64,000 bases of DNA from an uncultured Phycisphaerales bacterium (GTDB taxonomy: Bacteria > Planctomycetota > Phycisphaerae > Tepidisphaerales > Tepidisphaeraceae): positions 992,001 to 1,056,000 of the forward strand of contig CAVWVQ010000003.1 of assembly GCA_963758525.1 (NCBI GenBank), in the 5' to 3' direction. The stretch's first letter is position 1; the number at the start of each line of letters is the position of its first letter. Positions 23,701 to 38,700 of this stretch are shown here, piece after piece. The notes beneath the pieces are model-generated. The model ran no database searches. It was not told the origin of the DNA and worked only from the letters and a program-made list of their open reading frames with translations. The position numbers and the translations under genes are program-made.

Positions 23701-26700
23701 AGCGAACCGTCGCCCAACGGCAGTTTCATCAATCTGGGCTTCGAAGGAGATACCGCCCAGGCCTCGCTCAGCCCCGCGCAGTACGTCTCGCTCGTCACTC
23801 CCGATGGCGGCGAAACCTGGCCCGAGGGGCAGACCTTCACCATCCGCTGGCGCAGTGAGTCGACCGGCACATACAACATCGATCTGATGCAGGTCGGCAA
23901 CTCCACGCCAGTTCTCTCCATCGCCAAAAACGTGACCACCACAACCGACGAGGGCACCTTTGCCTGGGCGATTCCGACTACTGGTCTTACGCCTGCCAGC
24001 AACTATCTCGTTCGCGTTACCAAGGCCAGCAACAGTCTCACCGCTACCAGCATCCAGCCGTTTACGATCGGCGCGGTACAACACAATTATTACATTAACG
24101 ACAACTCGACTCTCGGCGATCAATACACCACCGCCGTCGGCAATAATGCAAACAGCGGATTGGACCCCGCTCATCCCAAGGCTTCCCTTCAAGCGCTCCT
24201 GCAGGCTTACAGCCTCGGCGCGGGCAACACGATCTACGTCGACACTGGCGTCTATGGTCTCACGTCAAACGTCGTGTTGTCCGCGACGAATAGTGGCGTA
24301 CACATCGTTGGGGCAACTACCAATGCTTCAGAGAGCGCCGGCTACAAGAGTTCCGTGCTGTCGAGCAGCCCGCTGGCGTACTACCGTCTGGGGGATGCGT
24401 CAGGGACGACGGCGGCGGATGCCTCGGGGCACAATCTCAAGGGAACGTATTCCTCTTCGGGCGTAACGCTGGGCAAGGCCGGGGTGCTGCCGACGGATCC
24501 GACGACGGCAGCGGCGTTTGATGGTTCGGGCGGCTCGGTTGCGCTGCCCTCGGGGTTTGCCAACCTGACCGGCGGGTTCAGCTTCGACGCCTGGATCTAT
24601 CCCACGTCCAGCGCCGGCAACCAGCAGATCTTCCAGTTGAGCAACGGGAACGGGCAGTCGGCCGGCTCCAGCGATCTGCACCTCAGTTATTACGGGGACA
24701 CGTACTACTACGGCAACACGTTGTACCTCACGCTCTATCAGGACGGGAGCAACCACCAGATCAGCGTGGGCAACGCCCTGACGCTGAACACCTGGCAGCA
24801 CGTGGCCTTCACGATCGACGCCTCGGGCAACGCCGTGATGTATGTCAACGGGCTGGCGGTCGCCGGCGGAGCGATGGCCCCGCTTGACAATCTCCCGCGC
24901 ACCCAGAACAGCCTGGCCTCGGGAACCGACGGGATTCCCTTCGCCGGGGAGATGCAGGAGGCGGCGTTGTACGGTTCGGCCCTCTCGGCCACGCAGCTGC
25001 GCGCCCATTACGACATCGCCACCGCCAAGGGAACGCTGCTGGACCGGGGCAACGCCTCGGCGGGCAGCTACGGCATCGAGCTGCAGAATGCCAGTAACGT
25101 CACGCTCGATCACCTGAACATCACCGGCGCGTACGACGCGGTGCATACCACCAGTTCGTCGCTGGCCGATGGCTCGGCGGGCCTGACGCTGACCAACTCG
25201 ACGCTCTTCGCCAACGCCGACGCCGGCCTGAACGTGGATCAGTATTCCACCGGGAGCACGCTGGGGACCGACACGGCGTACGGCCTGCCGGGCGGACCGA
25301 CCACCGCCGACGATCAGACTTACGGCTTCTACATCCAGGGCCAGGGCGCCGCCGTCAGCAGCAGCACCGCCTACGCCAGCAACACCTACGGCTTCTATGT
25401 CACCGGCGACGGCTCGACGCTGACCGGCAACACTGCCTATAACGACGCCAATGCGGGGATCTACCTCAGCGGCTCAGGCTCCTCGGCCACCGGCAATACC
25501 GTCCGCGGCAATGGCTACGGCATCCAAACCGACAACGGCGGAGCCCAGACCCTCACCGTCAGCGGCAACACCGTCTATAACAACGTCACCACCGGCATTC
25601 AGGGCAACAATAACGTTCTGATCACCGGCAATACCGTCTACGGCCAGAGCGGCGTCAACGCCAGCGGCATCTCCCTCACCAGCGGCGCCAAAGCCCTCTC
25701 CAACGTCGTCTACCTCAACTACAACGGCATCGTCGAAGCCAACGACAGCGGCGGCCTGATCCAGGGCAACCGGGTCTACGCCAACTCCAACGCCGGCATC
25801 TACTCGCAGAACGACACGGTGAATGCCAACACCGTCTATTCCAACGGGATCGGCATCTACGCCGGCTACTACTACGGCGGGGGCGTGGTGGAAAACAACC
25901 TCGACTACGCCAACAGCACCGCCGCCCTGCAGATCAGCGGCAACAGTGGCAATCCAGGGAGTGGCGTGCAGGTGCTGAACAACACCTTCTATCAGATCGT
26001 CGGCGACGCCATCGATGTGCTGGGCGGCGCCAGCAGCACCAACATCCAGAACAACATCCTGCAGGTCAACGCCGGATACGACCTCAACGTCGATCCCTCC
26101 AGCCAGGTTGGATTCACCAGCGACTACAACGATCTGTTCACGAGCGGTTCAGGCCAGGTGGCGCGGTGGCAGGGGACGGCGTATGCCACGCTCGCCGGCT
26201 GGTTCTATGCGGCCAACCACGACGGCGACAGCCTGAGCCTCGATCCGTTATTCGTCAAACCTGCCGGGAATGACGGGCTGCTGGGGTATGTCAACAACGC
26301 CGATGACGGGCAGGACGACAACTTCCATCTGCAAAGCAGTTCGCCGGCCATCGACGAGGGGAATCCCAACAGCTACTGGCTGAGCGAACCGATTCCCTCC
26401 GGCGGGCGGGTCAATCTGGGTTACGACGGGGGCACCTCCGCGGCCGCCGTCAGCGCTTCCCAGACTCTGCAGGTGGTCTCGCCCGACGGCCCGGCCAAGC
26501 TGCTGGCGGGACAGACCTACACGATCAACTGGCGTTCCAGCGGACTGCTCAAGACCAATACCGTCGCCCTGATCAACGCCGGCGGCGGAACCATCGACGG
26601 CGGGACCGCGGGCGTGTGGCTGGGCAATCAGTTCCTGACCAGTGCTCCCAACACAACCAATACCGGCTCGTTCACCACGGCGGTTGATACCAGCGGCGTG

Positions 26701-29700
26701 ACCAACCCCGCCCCGCAGGGCGTCTACCAGAACTACATTTACGCCAACGGCAGCTATGGCAGCAGCAACGACTCCCTCTCCTGGTCGCTGCCGGTGCCCA
26801 ACGGGACGTACACGATCCGCCTGCACTTTGCCGACCCCTACGCCACCGCCGCCAACCAGCGGGTCTTTGACGTGCAACTGCAGGGGGCGACGGTCAAGAG
26901 GGGCTATGACATCTACGCCGCCGCCGGCGCCGCCGACAAGGCGGCCACGCTTTCCTACACCGTTACCGCCAGCGGAGGGACGGGAATCAACCTCTCCCTG
27001 GTGGGGGACGCTTCAAACCAAAACTGGGGGCCGCTCATCTCCGGGATCGAGCTGAGCGCCGCCAATGCCGCCGGCGGCGTCACCAGCCCCAAGGTCAATC
27101 TCCAGTACTCGGGCAACGGCGGAAGCAGCTGGTCGACGATCGCCAGCAATCTGACCATGGACCGCTTCGGCCGCGGAAGCTACGCCTGGACAATTCCCAC
27201 GGCCATCGCTTCGGGCAATTACCTCATCCGCGTGGTCTCCACCGATTATCCGACGATCAGCGGAACTTCCCTCACTCCCCTGCAGATCGCCGCCGCGAGC
27301 CACAGCTATTACGTCAATGACAACTCGACTCTGGGCGATCAATACACCACCGCCGTCGGCAATAATGCCAACGACGGCAAGACCCCCGCCACCCCCATGG
27401 CCAGCCTCGCCGCCCTCATCAGCGCCTACCACCCCGGCGCCGGCGACACGATTTACGTTGACACCGGCGTCTACAACTTCTCGTCGAACTTCATCCTGAC
27501 CGCCCAGGACAGCGGCGTGCATATCGTGGGCGCGACGATCAGCGCTTCGGAAAGCGCCGCCTACAAGAGTTCGGTGCTGTCGAGCAGCCCGCTGGCGTAC
27601 TACCGTCTGGGGGATGCGTCAGGGACGACGGCGGCGGATGCCTCGGGGCACAATCTCAAGGGAACGTATTCCTCTTCGGGCGTAACGCTGGGCAAGGCCG
27701 GGGTGCTGCCGACGGATCCGACGACGGCAGCGGCGTTTGATGGTTCGGGCGGCTCGGTTGCGCTGCCCTCGGGGTTTGCCAACCTGACCGGCGGGTTCAG
27801 CTTCGACGCATGGATCTATCCCACGTCCAGCGCCGGCAACCAGCAGATCTTCCAGTTGAGCAACGGGAACGGGCAGTCGGCCGGCTCCAGCGATCTGCAC
27901 CTCAGTTATTACGGGGACACGTACTACTACGGCAACCAGTTGTATCTCACGCTCTATCAGGACGGGAGCAACCACCAGATCAGCGTGGGCAACGCCCTGA
28001 CGCTGAACACCTGGCAGCACGTGGCCTTCACGATCGACGCCTCGGGCAACGCCGTGATGTATGTCAACGGGCTGGCGGTCGCCGGCGGAGCGATGGCCCC
28101 GCTTGACAATCTCCCGCGCACCCAGAACAGCCTGGCCTCGGGAACCGACGGGATTCCCTTCGCCGGGGAGATGCAGGAGGCGGCGTTGTACGGTTCGGCC
28201 CTCTCGGCCACGCAGCTGCGCGCCCATTACGACATCGCCACCGCCAAGGGAACGCTGCTGGACCGGGGCAACGCCTCGGCGGGCAGCTACGGCATCGAGC
28301 TGCAGAATGCCAGTAACGTCACGCTCGATCACCTGAACATCACCGGCGCGTACGACGCGGTGCATACCACCAGTTCGTCGCTGGCCGATGGCTCGGCGGG
28401 CCTGACGCTGACCAACTCGACGCTCTTCGCCAACGCCGACGCCGGCCTGAACGTGGATCAGTATTCCACCGGGAGCACGCTGGGGACCGACACGGCGTAC
28501 GGCCTGCCGGGCGGACCGACCACCGCCGACGATCAGACTTACGGCTTCTACATCCAGGGCCAGGGCGCCGCCGTCAGCAGCAGCACCGCCTACGCCAGCA
28601 ACACCTACGGCTTCTATGTCACCGGCGACGGCTCGACGCTGACCGGCAACACTGCCTATAACGACGCCAATGCGGGGATCTACCTCAGCGGCTCAGGCTC
28701 CTCGGCCACCGGCAATACCGTCCGCGGCAATGGCTACGGCATCCAAACCGACAACGGCGGAGCCCAGACCCTCACCGTCAGCGGCAACACCGTCTATAAC
28801 AACGTCACCACCGGCATTCAGGGCAACAATAACGTTCTGATCACCGGCAATACCGTCTACGGCCAGAGCGGCGTCAACGCCAGCGGCATCTCCCTCACCA
28901 GCGGCGCCAAAGCCCTCTCCAACGTCGTCTACCTCAACTACAACGGCATCGTCGAAGCCAACGACAGCGGCGGCCTGATCCAGGGCAACCGGGTCTACGC
29001 CAACTCCAACGCCGGCATCTACTCGCAGAACGACACGGTGAATGCCAACACCGTCTATTCCAACGGGATCGGCATCTACGCCGGCTACTACTACGGCGGG
29101 GGCGTGGTGGAAAACAACCTCGACTACGCCAACAGCACCGCCGCCCTGCAGATCAGCGGCAACAGTGGCAATCCAGGGAGTGGCGTGCAGGTGCTGAACA
29201 ACACCTTCTATCAGATCGTCGGCGATGCCATCGATGTGCTGGGCGGCGCCAGCAGCACCAACATCCAGAACAACATCCTGCAGGTCAACGCCGGATACGA
29301 CCTCAACGTCGATCCCTCCAGCCAGGTTGGATTCACCAGCGACTACAACGACCTGTTCACGAGCGGTTCAGGCCAGGTGGCGCGGTGGCAGGGGACGGCG
29401 TATGCCACGCTCGCCGGCTGGTTCTATGCGGCCAACCACGACGGCGACAGCCTGAGCCTCGATCCGTTATTCGTCAAACCTGCCGGGAATGACGGGCTGC
29501 TGGGGTATGTCAACAACGCCGATGACGGGCAGGACGACAACTTCCATCTGCAAAGCAGTTCGCCGGCCATCGACGAGGGGAATCCCAACAGCTACTGGCT
29601 GAGCGAACCGATTCCCTCCGGCGGGCGGGTCAATCTGGGTTACGACGGGGGCACCTCCGCGGCCGCCGTCAGCGCTTCCCAGACTCTGCAGGTGGTCTCG

Positions 29701-32700
29701 CCCGACGGCCCGGCCAAGCTGCTGGCGGGACAGACCTACACGATCAACTGGCGTTCCAGCGGACTGCTCAAGACCAATACCGTCGCCCTGATCAACGCCG
29801 GCGGCGGAACCATCGACGGCGGGACCGCGGGCGTGTGGCTGGGCAATCAGTTCCTGACCAGTGCTCCCAACACAACCAATACCGGCTCGTTCACCACGGC
29901 GGTTGATACCAGCGGCGTGACCAACCCCGCCCCGCAGGGCGTCTACCAGAACTACATTTACGCCAACGGCAGCTATGGCAGCAGCAACGACTCCCTCTCC
30001 TGGTCGCTGCCGGTGCCCAATGGGACGTACACGATCCGCCTGCACTTTGCCGAACCGAGCGCCACCGCCGCCAACCAGCGGGTCTTTGACGTGCAACTGC
30101 AGGGGGCGACGGTCAAGAGCGGCTATGACATCTACGCCGCCGCCGGCGCCGCCGGCAAGGCGGCCACGCTTTCCTACACCGTTACCGCCAGCGGAGGGAC
30201 GGGAATCAACCTCTCCCTGGTGGGGGACGCTTCAAACCAAAACTGGGGGCCGCTCATCTCCGGGATCGAGCTGAGCGCCGCCAATGCCGCCGGCGGCGTC
30301 ACCAGCCCCAAGGTCAATCTCCAGTACTCGGGCAACGGCGGAAGCAGCTGGTCGACGATCGCCAGCAATCTGACCATGGACCGCTTCGGCCGCGGAAGCT
30401 ACGCCTGGACAATTCCCACGGCCATCGCTTCGGGCAATTACCTCATCCGCGTGGTCTCCACCGATTATCCGACGATCAGCGGAACTTCCCTCACTCCCCT
30501 GCAGATCGCCGCCGCGAGCCACAGCTATTACGTCAATGACAACTCGACTCTGGGCGATCAATACACCACCGCCGTCGGCAATAATGCCAACGACGGCAAG
30601 ACCCCCGCCACCCCCATGGCCAGCCTCGCCGCCCTCATCAGCGCCTACCACCCCGGCGCCGGCGACACGATTTACGTTGACACCGGCGTCTACAACTTCT
30701 CGTCGAACTTCATCCTGACCGCCCAGGACAGCGGCGTGCATATCGTGGGCGCGACGATCAGCGCTTCGGAAAGCGCCGCCTACAAGAGTTCGGTTCTGTC
30801 GAGCAGCCCGCTGGCGTACTACCGTCTGGGGGATGCGTCAGGGACGACGGCGGCGGATGCCTCGGGGCACAATCTCAAGGGAACGTATTCCTCTTCGGGC
30901 GTAACGCTGGGCAAGGCCGGGGTGCTGCCGACGGATCCGACGACGGCAGCGGCGTTTGATGGTTCGGGCGGCTCGGTTGCGCTGCCCTCGGGGTTTGCCA
31001 ACCTGACCGGCGGGTTCAGCTTCGACGCCTGGATCTATCCCACGTCCAGCGCCGGCAACCAGCAGATCTTCCAGTTGAGCAACGGGAACGGGCAGTCGGC
31101 CGGCTCCAGCGATCTGCACCTCAGTTATTACGGGGACACGTACTACTACGGCAACACGTTGTACCTCACGCTCTATCAGGACGGGAGCAACCACCAGATC
31201 AGCGTGGGCAACGCCCTGACGCTGAACACCTGGCAGCACGTGGCCTTCACGATCGACGCCTCGGGCAACGCCGTGATGTATGTCAACGGGCTGGCGGTCG
31301 CCGGCGGAGCGATGGCCCCGCTTGACAATCTCCCGCGCACCCAGAACAGCCTGGCCTCGGGAACCGACGGGATTCCCTTCGCCGGGGAGATGCAGGAGGC
31401 GGCGTTGTACGGTTCGGCCCTCTCGGCCACGCAGCTGCGCGCCCATTACGACATCGCCACCGCCAAGGGAACGCTGCTGGACCGGGGCAACGCCTCGGCG
31501 GGCAGCTACGGCATCGAGCTGCAGAATGCCAGTAACGTCACGCTCGATCACCTGAACATCACCGGCGCGTACGACGCGGTGCATACCACCAGTTCGTCGC
31601 TGGCCGATGGCTCGGCGGGCCTGACGCTGACCAACTCGACGCTCTTCGCCAACGCCGACGCCGGCCTGAACGTGGATCAGTATTCCACCGGGAGCACGCT
31701 GGGGACCGACACGGCGTACGGCCTGCCGGGCGGACCGACCACCGCCGACGATCAGACTTACGGCTTCTACATCCAGGGCCAGGGCGCCGCCGTCAGCAGC
31801 AGCACCGCCTACGCCAGCAACACCTACGGCTTCTATGTCACCGGCGACGGCTCGACGCTGACCGGCAACACTGCCTATAACGACGCCAATGCGGGGATCT
31901 ACCTCAGCGGCTCAGGCTCCTCGGCCACCGGCAATACCGTCCGCGGCAATGGCTACGGCATCCAAACCGACAACGGCGGAGCCCAGACCCTCACCGTCAG
32001 CGGCAACACCGTCTATAACAACGTCACCACCGGCATTCAGGGCAACAATAACGTTCTGATCACCGGCAATACCGTCTACGGCCAGAGCGGCGTCAACGCC
32101 AGCGGCATCTCCCTCACCAGCGGCGCCAAAGCCCTCTCCAACGTCGTCTACCTCAACTACAACGGCATCGTCGAAGCCAACGACAGCGGCGGCCTGATCC
32201 AGGGCAACCGGGTCTACGCCAACTCCAACGCCGGCATCTACTCGCAGAACGACACGGTGAATGCCAACACCGTCTATTCCAACGGGATCGGCATCTACGC
32301 CGGCTACTACTACGGCGGGGGCGTGGTGGAAAACAACCTCGACTACGCCAACAGCACCGCCGCCCTGCAGATCAGCGGCAACAGTGGCAATCCAGGGAGT
32401 GGCGTGCAGGTGCTGAACAACACCTTCTACCAGATCGTCGGCGATGCCATCGACGTGCTGGCTGGCGCCAGCAGCACCAACATCCAGAACAACATCCTGC
32501 AGGTCAACGCGGGCTACGACCTCAACGTCGATCCCTCCAGCGAAGTCGGATTCAACAGCGATTACAATGACCTGTTCACGGGCACGGACCCTCGCGCTCA
32601 AATCGGGTACTGGGGATACACTGCGTACGCGACGCTCGCAGCCTGGAAGACGATCTCCAACGGCGATGCGCACAGTATTTCAGCCGATCCGAAATGGGAG

Positions 32701-35700
32701 AACATCAGCGGCGCGGACAGCGTGTTGGGATACAGCACCGTCAACGGAGGCTACGACGGCGGCCTCGATGACAACTTTTATCTCGCCGCCAAGTCGCCGG
32801 CGATCGATATCGGGGACAGTTGGGGCGCGCCTCACACCGACTTCAGCGGGTTTCCGCGTTCCGACGATCCGGGGACGACAAACCACGGGACGCCGGATTA
32901 TTTCGAGACGGATCTCGGCAGCCGCACCCTGGCGTTCACGGGAACGGCCCAGGGTTGGCAGAGCAGCGACAGCTACTGGTCGATGGCGTTGCCCTTCGCA
33001 TTCCCGTTCTACGGCGGGTCCTATTCAAGCGTGTTCGTATCATCGCGCGGCCTGCTGCAGTTTGCAGGAAGCGATTGGCCTGGCGACCCAACCAACAGCG
33101 TGAGCTCTCTGGCGTCTGCCGTGCGGATCGCGCCGCTGTGGGCGAATATCGGAACCGATGGCGCCGGCGACGACATCTACGTGGACAGCTCAGTCACAGG
33201 GCAAGTCACGATCGCCTGGAAAGCCACGAATGAGACGGACGGCACACCAGTGAATTTCTCCGCGACGCTGTTTAGTGACGGCCACTTGAAGTTTACCTAT
33301 GGAAGCGGCAACACGAACCTCAATCCGACGATTGGCATATCGGCCGGGAACAATCAGACGTATGCAGTTTCAAAATACAACGGCCAATCGAGCCTGACGA
33401 ACGCGGATGCCGTTCAGTTCAAGACGGCGGCGGGAATCGTTGACCTTGGCGCATTCGAGTTCCAGGGCAACAGTTCCAACACCACGCCCGTGACCATCAG
33501 CGCGACCACTCCCAGCGGCATCCAAACGGGAAACATCAATCCGGTCAGCCAGATCGGCCTGACGCTCACTGAAGCCGTGAACCCGATTGACGCGACCGCG
33601 CCGGCGGAATATGAACTTCGCGGCGCGGGCGCCGACGGACTTTTCGGGACCGCCGACGACACTGTCTATGCATTGACGCCCACGTACATTGCGAACTCCA
33701 ATCAGATTACGCTGAACGTGAACAAAGGCACGCTCGCGGGCGGCATGTATCGTTTGACCGCCTACTCGACCACGGCGGCGAGCCTGCACGACATCAACGG
33801 CCTGATGCTCGATGGCGACGCCAATGGAACCGCGGGCGGAAACTACGTCCGGACATTCACTGTAAAGACCCTGGCGGCGACGACGACAACACTGAGCAAG
33901 AGCTCGACGACCACGCTCAAATTCGGCCAAAGCGTGACCTTCACAGCGACGGTGGCCGGGACCGGGGGAACACCCACCGGCACTGTTACTTTCGAGGACG
34001 GCACGACGGTGCTGGGCACCGGCATGCTGAGCAACGGCATCGCGACGTTCGCCACCACGACGCTCCCGTTAGGCAGCAACTCGATCAAGGCGCTCTATGG
34101 CGGCGACACAAACTTCACGACCAGCACGTCCAACGCTCTCAGTCAGACTGTCAATCAGGCGGCGACGACCGCGATCGTCAGCGGCGCGCCCAGCGTGTTT
34201 GGTCAGAGCGCGACGTTTACCGCAACGGTCAACGCCGTCAGCCCCGGCGCCGGAACGCCAACTGGCGTGATCACCTTCAAGGACGGATCGACGGTCCTTG
34301 GAACCGGCACGCTCAGCGGCGGCGTCGCAACACTGGCCGTCAGTTCACTCGGTGTTGGAAGCCATTCGATCACCGCTGTCTACGGCGGCGACGCTGACTT
34401 TACCGCCAGCACGTCCCCCGCGTTTGCTCAGTCAGTCAGCCAGGCAGCGACGACCGCCACGCTGACCAAGAATACAACCGCCGCCATCAAGTTCGGACAG
34501 AGCGTGACGTTTACGGCAAAGCTCGCCGCCGTCAGCCCCGGCGCCGGAACGCCGACCGGCACGATCACGTTCATGGACGGATCGACCACGATCGGAACCG
34601 GCACGCTCAGCAACGGCGTTGCCACCCTGACAAGCACCACGCTCCCGGCGGGGAGCAACTCGATCAAGGCCGTCTACGGCGGCGACACCAACTTCATCGC
34701 CAGCACATCCAACGCGCTGAGCCAGACGGTCACCCAGACTCAGGGGGCAAGCTCCACGACGTTGACCGCCAGCACCAGCGCTGCGATCACCTTCGGACAA
34801 AGCATTACCTTCACGGCGACGCTCGCCCCCGTGAGTCCCGCGACCGGCACGCCAACCGGCACGGTGATGTTCGAGGACGGCGCTGTCGTACTGGGAACCG
34901 GAACGCTCGCCTCCGGAATCGCAACGTTCGCCACCAGTTCGCTGAGCGCGGGCAGCCATTCCATTACCGCCGTCTATGGTGGGGATTCCAACTTCACCAC
35001 CAGCACGTCCAGTGCGTTTGCGGAGACCGTCACCCAGTCCGCGTCTACGGCCGTATTGACCAAGAGCACGACGACTTCCATCAAGTTTGGACAGCCGGTG
35101 ACGTTGACTGCGACACTCGCCGCCGTCAGTCCCGGCGCGGGTGCGCCAACAGGCACAGTCACCTTCGTGGACGGATCGACCGTTCTCGGGACCGGGACGC
35201 TCAGCGGCGGAATTGCAACCCTGATGACCACGACCCTGCCGACGGGCAGCAACTCCATCAAGGCGGTCTACGGCGGAGATGCCAACTTCACGACGAGCAC
35301 GTCCAACTCCCTCAGCCAGACCGTTACACAGGCGGCGACGACCACAACATTGACCAAGAACGTCAACGTCGCCATCAAGTACGGACAGCCCGTGACGTTG
35401 ACTGCGACACTTGCCGCGGCGAGTCCCGGCGCGGGTACGCCAACAGGCACAGTCACGTTCCAGGCGGGAAGCACCATTCTCGGAACCGCTTCCCTCAGCA
35501 ACGGCGTCGCAACCTTGACGACTACGACGATTCCCGCCGGCAGCGATTCAATCAAGGCGGTATACAGCGGAGACGCCAACTTCACGACAAGCACGTCCAA
35601 TTCTCTCACCCAGACCGTGGCGCAGGCGGCGACGACCACGACCTTGACCAAGAACGTCAACGTCCCCATCAAGTACGGACAGCCCGTGACGCTGACGGCG

Positions 35701-38700
35701 ACACTTGCCGCGGTGAGTCCCGGCGCGGGTACGCCAACGGGCACAGTCACGTTCCAGACTGGAAGCACCGTTCTCGGAACCGCTTCGCTCAGCAACGGCG
35801 TCGCAACCTTGACGACCACGACGATTTCCCCGGGCAGCAACTCCATCAAGGCGGTCTACGGCGGAGATGCCAACTTCACGACGAGCACGTCCAATTCCCT
35901 CAGCCAGACAGTTACGCAGGCGGCGAGCAGCGCCACGGCGGGCGGAACCTCCGGCGTTTTCGGCCAAACCCTGACGTTGACGGCAACACTCGCCGCCGTC
36001 AGCCCCGGCACTGGGTCGCCGACGGGCACGGTCACCTTCAAGGACGGATCGACGGTCCTTGGAACCGGCACGCTCGGCGGCGGCGTCGCAACACTGGCCG
36101 TCAGTTCACTCGGTGTTGGAAGCCATTCGATCACCGCTGTCTACGGCGGCGACGCTGACTTTACCGCCAGCACGTCCCCCGCGTTTGCTCAGTCGGTCAG
36201 CCAGGCAGCGACGACCGCCACGCTGACCAAGAATACAACCGCCGCCATCAAGTTCGGACAGAGCGTGACGTTTACGGCAAAGCTCGCCGCCGTCAGCCCC
36301 GGCGCCGGAACGCCGACCGGCACGATCACGTTCATGGACGGATCGACCACGATCGGAACCGGCACGCTCAGCAACGGCGTTGCCACCCTGACAAGCACCA
36401 CGCTCCCGGCGGGGAGCAACTCGATCAAGGCCGTCTACGGCGGCGACACCAACTTCATCGCCAGCACATCCAACGCGCTGAGCCAGACGGTCACTCAGAC
36501 GCTGGCGGCGGCAACCACCACACTGAGCGAAAGCACCGGCGCGATCAAGTTCGGTCAGAGCGTCATCTTTACTGCAACGCTGGCCCCCGTGAGTCCCGCG
36601 ACAGGGACGCCCACGGGCACTGTCACGTTCAAGGATGGCGCGGTCGTGTTGGGAAGCGGAACACTCAGCGGCGGAATCGCAACATTCACCACCAGCTCGC
36701 TGAGCGTGGGCAGCCATTCCATTACCGCCGTCTACGGCGGCGATCCCAGCTTCGCCTCGAGCACTTCCAGTGCGCTTGCGGAGACTGTCGCCCAGTCGGC
36801 GTCGACTGCCGTATTGACCAAGAGCACGACAACCGCCATCAAGTTCGGACAGCCGGTGACGCTGACGGCGACACTTGCGGCCGTGAGCCCCGGCGGCGGC
36901 ACGCCGACCGGCGCGGTCACCTTCCAGGATGGATCGACCGTTCTCGGAACCGGGACGCTCAGCAGCGGCATCGCAACCTTGACAACCGCGACGATTCCCA
37001 CGGGCAGCAACTCGATCAAGGCGGTCTACGGCGGAGATACCAACTTCACCGCCAGCACCTCCAATTCTCTCAGCCAGACCGTGACGCAGGCGGCAAGCAC
37101 TGTGACGGTGAGCGGCGTGCCCGGCGTGTTCGGGCAGAACGTGACGCTGACGGCAACGCTCACTGCCGTGAGCCCCAGCACCGGCACCCCGACCGGCGTC
37201 GTCACCTTCAAAGACGCAAGCACCGTGCTTGGAACCGGAACACTCAGCGGCGGCGTTGCGACGTTTGCCTCCAACGCGCTGAGCATCGGCAGCCATTCGA
37301 TCACCGCCGTCTACGCCGGCGACACCAACTTCACCGCCAGCACGTCGGGCGCCTTCAACCAGGCGATCTCGCAGGCGGGGACGACCACCGCGTTGACCAA
37401 GAGTGCGACTGCGTCCCTTAGGTTCGGCCAGAGCGTGACGTTCACGGCGACGATCGCCGTGGTGACCCCCGGCGCCGGAACGCCTACCGGCGTCGTCACT
37501 TTCATGGACGGCGCGACCGCACTCGGAACCGGTACGCTCAGCAACGGGATTGCCACCCTCACGACCGCGACGCTCCCGACCGGCAGCAATTCCATCACGG
37601 CCGTCTACGGCGGCGACAGCAACTTCCTCGTAAGCATGTCCAATGCCCTTGCCCAGACCGTCACCCAGGCGGCAACGACCACCACGCTGACCAAAAACAC
37701 CACCGCGGCCGTCAAGTTCGGCACGAGCGTGACGTTCACCGCGACGCTCGCCGCCGTGAGTCCCGGCTCCGGCATGCCGACGGGCATCGTTACTTTCGAG
37801 GATGGAACCACCGTTCTCGGCACCGGGACGCTCAGCAACGGCGTGGTGACCTTCACGAGCACCCAACTCCCAACCGGCAGCAACTCGATCAAGGCCGCCT
37901 ATGGCGGCGACACGAATTTCACCGCCAGCACCTCCAGCGCTTTGAGCCAGACGGTGACGAAATCGGGGTCGACCACGACGCTCAGTGGCGTGCCGGGTGT
38001 CTTCGGTCAAAGTGTGACGCTTACTGCGATGGTGACGGCAGTGTCTCCCGGCACCGGCACGGCCAGCGGCACTGTTACATTCGAGGATGGGACGACCGTG
38101 CTCGGCAGCGGCACTCTCAGCGGCGGCATCGCCACCTTCGCAGTCAGTTCGCTGAGTCTTGGCACTCATTCGATCACCGCGGTCTATGGCGGGGACGCCA
38201 ACTTTACCGCCAGCACCTCAAGTCCTTTCTCCCAGATCATCCAGTCGGCATCGACCACCACGCTGACCAAGAGCACTACTGGCGTGGTCAGGTACGGTCA
38301 GAGCGTCACCTTCACGGCGACACTTGCCGCAGTGAGTCCCGGCGTCGGGACGCCAACGGGCGCGGTCACCTTCAAGGACGGCACGATTGTTCTTGGCGCC
38401 GGCACGCTCAGCGGCGGCATCGCTGCCTTGACGACCACCACCATTCCCGCAGGGAGCAATTCGATCACGGCTGTCTACGGCGGCGACACGACCTTTGCCG
38501 CCAGCACGTCCAATGCACTGAGCCAGACCGTCACGCAGGCGGCAACGACGACGACGTTGACCAAGAACGTCAACGTCGCCATCAAGTTTGGACAGCCGGT
38601 GACGCTGACGGCGACACTTGCGGCCGTGAGCCCCGGCGGCGGCACGCCGACCGGCGCGGTCACCTTCGAGGATGGATCGACCGTTCTCGGAACCGGGACG

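Noticed and set aside
24340..32540. Diversity-generating retroelement (TR/VR pair) explaining the repeat variants
   Set aside because: No reverse transcriptase in the window; differences are not adenine-specific; repeats are whole in-frame modules
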